NCBI GenBank assembly: GCA_965243135.1
Contig: OZ251539.1
Coordinates: forward strand, 3,968,001-4,032,000
DNA length: 64,000 nt
Reading direction: 5' to 3'
Source of the DNA: Alphaproteobacteria bacterium
Lineage (GTDB): Bacteria; Pseudomonadota; Alphaproteobacteria; MPNO01; UBA830
Shown here one piece after another: positions 60,085-64,000 of the stretch (its first letter is position 1; each line of letters starts with the position of its first letter). A program made the translations under genes and the position numbers. The notes under the pieces were generated by a model, which saw nothing but the letters and a program-made list of their open reading frames with translations, ran no database searches and was not told the DNA's origin.

Positions 60085-61620
60085 ATGGCGAAACGCATGC
60101 TCGGCTTTTCCTCCCTCCGGGAGATCCGGGGGATGGACTGCTACTACGTCGACAAGACGGACCATGCGCGCCGCCTCGTCGAGAGGGGCAAGTACTATTT
60201 CCTGTCGCGTCCGCGCCGGTTCGGCAAGAGCCTGCTGGTGGACACACTGCAGGAGTTGTTCGAAGGAAGCGAGGAGCTGTTCCGGGGCCTCGCCGTGCAC
60301 GGCGGGTGGGACTGGTCGGCGCGCCATCCGGTCGTGCGGCTGGATTTCAGCAGAGGGGGCGATTTCCGCGCCCCGGACGGGGTTCGCGTCTCCGTGGAAA
60401 GGCAACTGGCGGCGGCGGAAAGGCGCGCCGGCCTCGAACCGTGCCTCGTCGAAGCGTCGGTTCGTTTCTGGGAATTGATCGAGGCCCTGCACGAGCGCAC
60501 CGGGCGGCGCGTGGTCGTGCTGGTCGACGAATACGACAAGCCGATCCTGGACGCGCTCGGCGACCGGGAACTGGCACTGGCCAACCGCGACTTCCTGCGC
60601 AGCTTGTACGGGGTGATCAAGGCCTGCGACAGGCAGCTGCGTTTCGTTTTCCTGACGGGGGTGAGCAAATTCTCGCAGGCGGGCCTGTTCTCGGGCCTGA
60701 ACAACCTGATCGACGTCACGCTGGAGCCGGAGTTCTCGGACATCTGCGGCTACACGGACGCGGAACTGGACGCGGTCTTCGCCCCGGAACTCGAGGGCCT
60801 GGATCGGGACGAGATCCGCCGCTGGTACAACGGCTACAACTGGCGAGGCGCGGAGAAACTCTACAACCCGTACGATGTCCTGCTGCTTTTCCGGCGCCGC
60901 GAGTTCGAGGAGCACTGGTTCCGGACCGGCACGCCGACCTTCCTCGCCGACCTTCTGTCGCGGCGCGGGGTCGCGGCACCGGACCTGGAGGGCATGATCG
61001 CGGACGACGAGCTGCTCTCGACCTTCGACGTCGACGACATCTCGACCGAGGCGCTTTTGTTCCAGACCGGCTATCTGACCATCGTCGGCGAGGAGATGGA
61101 CGACGACGTGCGCCTCTACCGGCTGGACTACCCGAACCAGGAGGTGAGGCGCAGCCTGAACGCGCTCCTGCTGGAGGCGATGGCGCCGGACGTCGCGACC
61201 GCGGCGGAGAGCCAGGAGTTGCGCCGCCTGATGCGCGCGAACGACTTCGCGGGCCTCAAGCGGCAGTTCCGGGCATTGCTGGCGAGCATCCCCAACGAGT
61301 GGTACGCGAACACGGGCCTGGCGGGGGCACACTACGCGAGCGTGCTCTATTCGCACTTCGCGGCGGCGGGGATGGACGTCCGCGCGGAGGAGAGCACGGC
61401 ACGCGGCCGCTCGGACCTGACGGTCCTGTACGGCGGCGGCGTCTACCTGTTCGAGTTCAAGGTCGCGGACGGGAAGCCGCAAGGCCGGGCGCTGGCGCAG
61501 ATCCGGGAGCGCGGCTACGCGGACAAGTACCGGCGTCCGGGCGTGCCGGTCCATCTGATCGGGGTGGAGTTCGGCCGCGAAGAGCGCAACATCGTCGGGT
61601 TCGAGTTCGAGACCGCCTGA
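60085..61620 (+). CDS. AAA-ATPase-like / PD-(D/E)XK nuclease family protein, copy 6 (two small in-frame deletions)
   Basis: Walker A/B intact, RSDL..FEFK; lacks PT near the N-terminus and YE before AHY. Confidence 0.88.
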   Translation: MAKRMLGFSSLREIRGMDCYYVDKTDHARRLVERGKYYFLSRPRRFGKSLLVDTLQELFEGSEELFRGLAVHGGWDWSARHPVVRLDFSRGGDFRAPDGVRVSVERQLAAAERRAGLEPCLVEASVRFWELIEALHERTGRRVVVLVDEYDKPILDALGDRELALANRDFLRSLYGVIKACDRQLRFVFLTGVSKFSQAGLFSGLNNLIDVTLEPEFSDICGYTDAELDAVFAPELEGLDRDEIRRWYNGYNWRGAEKLYNPYDVLLLFRRREFEEHWFRTGTPTFLADLLSRRGVAAPDLEGMIADDELLSTFDVDDISTEALLFQTGYLTIVGEEMDDDVRLYRLDYPNQEVRRSLNALLLEAMAPDVATAAESQELRRLMRANDFAGLKRQFRALLASIPNEWYANTGLAGAHYASVLYSHFAAAGMDVRAEESTARGRSDLTVLYGGGVYLFEFKVADGKPQGRALAQIRERGYADKYRRPGVPVHLIGVEFGREERNIVGFEFETA

Positions 61621-62078
61621 AGCCGGGAGCCATCCCGTTCGGACATTTCGGCGAGCGGCGCCCCCGCGAAAGGCGACGGCCGCCACTGTCGCTTTCCGGA
61701 GCCGGAACCCCGCGGTTCCGGGCACCGCGGCCGGGCGGCGATGCCAGCCATGCACCGCGTCTGGCGGGTCGCGCGCCTGGACGCCGAAATCGGCCTCCGG
61801 CTCGACGCCGCGACCGTGGGCCGTTTGCGGCACCGACAGCCGCTCGCTCACCAACAATCTCCCGCACCGGAGTGCGGGCGGCCGGGGCGCCGCGCAGCGG
61901 CTTTCGGCTTGCGCACCCGAAGGCGCGACGTTCGCACTTGCGCACGGCGACCGTGTCGGGCTGGTCGGCGCGAACGGCGGAACCGGCCGCCGCCTTCGAC
62001 GAAGCGCAAGCCGGGCCCGCGACGCAGGCGGCGGCCTTTCGCGGAGGCGGCTGTCGAAATGTCCGAACGGAAAACCGT

Positions 62079-62256
62079 TCAGGCGGCCTCGCAACCCGAC
62101 GACGTTGCGCTCTTCGCGGCTGAACTCCACCAAGTGGACCGAACGACGCCGGTACTTGTCCGCGTAGCCCATCTCCCGCAGCTGCGCGAGCGCGACCCCC
62201 TCCCGCCCGCGCTCCACCACCTTGAACTCGAACAGGTAGACGCGCCCGCCGGCGGC
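62079..62256 (-). pseudogene. C-terminal fragment of an AAA/PD-(D/E)XK gene (copy 7, copy-5 type)
   Basis: AGGRVYLFEFKVVERGREGVALAQLREMGYADKY..EFSREERNVVG. Confidence 0.85.
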
Positions 62257-62259
62257 AAG

Positions 62260-62311
62260 GTGGACACAGATCATTTGGTACATGGACCGGACATATCATC
62301 CGTTACTGACA
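62260..62311 (+). mobile_element. Right end of an ISNCY/IS1202-like element
   Basis: GGACACAGATCATTTGGTACATGGACCGGACATATCATCCGTTACTGACA; last 25 nt are a 24/25 inverted match to 6704-6728. Confidence 0.65.
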
Positions 62312-62327
62312 GGCCGGCGTCCGGAGC

Positions 62328-62356
62328 TTGCCGGAAGGCGCGACCGAACCTATACT
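62328..62356 (+). promoter_or_regulatory. sigma70 promoter of dksA
   Basis: TTGCCG-N17-TATACT. Confidence 0.55.
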
Positions 62357-62388
62357 TCGCGCCCCGTTTGCAGACCCGTTCGGCCCAT

Positions 62389-62805
62389 ATGACCCTGACA
62401 GTCCCGCCCGATTATCGGCCTTCGGAAGACGAACCGTTCATGAACGAGGCCATGCTGGAATATTTCCGGCGCAAACTGGTCTCCTGGCGGGAGGAACTGT
62501 TGCGCGAGACCGACGCGACGCTGCAACAGCTTCAGGGCGAATACGCGAGGGAAGCCGACATTTCGGATCGCGCCTCCGCCGAAACCGGCCGCTCGGTCGA
62601 GTTGCGGGCGCGAAACCGCGCCCGCAAGCTGATCGTCAAGATCGACGCGGCGCTGCGGCGCATCGAGGACGGCACCTACGGCTATTGCGAGGAAACCGGA
62701 GAGGCGATCGGGGTGCGGCGCCTCGAGGCGCGTCCGGTAGCGATGCTCAGCCTCGAAGCGCAGGAACGTCACGAACGGCTGGAAAAGACGCGGCGCGACG
62801 ACTGA
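62389..62805 (+). CDS. dksA: RNA polymerase-binding protein DksA
   Basis: YRPSEDEPFMN..YFRRKL; DISDRA; GTYGYCEETGEAI..RLEARP. Confidence 0.95.
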   Translation: MTLTVPPDYRPSEDEPFMNEAMLEYFRRKLVSWREELLRETDATLQQLQGEYAREADISDRASAETGRSVELRARNRARKLIVKIDAALRRIEDGTYGYCEETGEAIGVRRLEARPVAMLSLEAQERHERLEKTRRDD

Positions 62806-63690
62806 GCAGGCGGGCCGGAGTTCCGTCGACCATGCCGTCGCGACCGCGCCGGCGCCGCCGAAAAGCATGGCTCCGAGGCCGCGAAGCCGTTCTTCGGACG
62901 GCCAACTCCGCGGCGGACGGAACGCAAAACTCAAGAATTGCGGCGATCGTCAATGCAAGCGCACGCAAAGCACCGCAAGCGCCCGCTCGCGACAGCTGGA
63001 TCATTTCTCAAGATAGATTTCCGACTGCGGCGTCCGTTCCTCCTCAACGGCTCGATCAGGAGAAGCCGACCGCGGCGGGTCGGAAATGCGGCGGCGAACG
63101 AACCCTGCGAAATTCGTTCGCGCCGCCGGCTCCCGGAAACGTTTCTGAATCAGGTTGCCGGGGTCGAGTTTCTCCCCGGCCCGCCTCAAGCGCCGCGTTG
63201 CCTTTCTCGGGACAGAGCGACGGAACGGTTCCCTCCGGAAATCGTTGCCGCGTTGGGGTTGCCGTTGCAGGGTCGGTGCTTCACTGCTGCAGTCGGCTCG
63301 ACCGCCGATCCTGACCGTGCGCATGGACGAACAGAACCGGCAGACGGATGACCGGTTCCGACTGATGACCGGCCAGACAGCCACGCATTTCCAGAGTCCG
63401 AGCGGCGCGCGTCAAGGGCAAGCTCTCCCTGATATTTTCCCAGGCCGGAGCCAACCGTCGGCCCAGGCGGCGGAATAGCGCGCCCGGCCGGGCCTCGCGA
63501 AGCCGCCCCGCTCGCGGGCCGGTCCGTTCCTCACGGCAGAGATTCCCGCTTGCCGCGCTTCGGAGCCAGGGAGCAAGGCCCCGAGACTCGCTCTGAGTTC
63601 ACCGCCGTAGCGCAAAGCGGGACGGCACGGACTTCACGCCGTCGCGGCGGAGCGGTCGGCGAAATAATGGCGCAGAACGAACCGTAGGGG

Positions 63691-63719
63691 TTGCGACACG
63701 CGGGACGTTCCAATAGAAT
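63691..63719 (+). promoter_or_regulatory. sigma70 promoter of tRNA-Ala
   Basis: TTGCGA-N17-TAGAAT. Confidence 0.55.
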
Positions 63720-63730
63720 TGCCGACGGTC

Positions 63731-63806
<76 letters not shown>

Positions 63807-63859
63807 GTTTCGCCAAGGGGCCGGCGCGACCCGCGCCGGCCCCGCACGACGCCGAGATC

Positions 63860-64000
63860 GTGAACGGCGCCTCTCGGGGGCGGCCGAACGGCGATCCCGG
63901 GCTTTCGGCCGCGCTGAACGACCTCGTCGCCGCCAACCGGATTCTCGCTCGCGAGGGCGTCGTCGACGGGTTCGGACACGTAAGCGTTCGGCATCCGACG
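63860..64000 (+). CDS. Class II aldolase/adducin family protein (5' partial)
   Basis: DLVAANRILAREGVVDGFGHVSVRHP. Confidence 0.8.
   Translation, partial: MNGASRGRPNGDPGLSAALNDLVAANRILAREGVVDGFGHVSVRHPT

Noticed and set aside
1-62256. Diversity-generating retroelement acting on the AAA genes
   Set aside because: No reverse transcriptase in the window; differences are block-wise and do not appear adenine-specific.
6704-62311. A single intact 55-kb transposon
   Set aside because: No target-site duplication, no intact cognate transposase, and the interval is full of core genes.

Overview
High-GC alphaproteobacterial chromosomal window; gcrA and a DksA lacking the four-Cys zinc finger support the assignment. 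The backbone is housekeeping and catabolic: LLM/CaiB/MaoC operon, SWIM-SNF2 helicase, cysQ-sua5, acyl-CoA enzymes, speD-speE, nrdAB with tandem NrdR boxes, mntR, a boxC-boxB-benzoate-CoA ligase cluster with a divergent TRAP transporter, dksA and tRNA-Ala(GGC). The main accessory feature is seven paralogous AAA-ATPase/PD-(D/E)XK nuclease genes in two clusters (1-6.7 kb and 56-62.3 kb). They are block-wise mosaics of one another, six carry their own probably leaderless sigma70-type promoter, and the clusters sit next to the matching left and right ends of a decayed ISNCY/IS1202-like element. Other accessory loci are an MNT-HEPN pair, a Fic gene split by an ISKra4-like IS, a papain-like/phosphatase/ADP-ribosylhydrolase cluster, and a Slam + TbpB-like lipoprotein locus split by a DUF4338-bearing IS4 element. 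All calls come from reading motifs in the sequence; no database searches were run.
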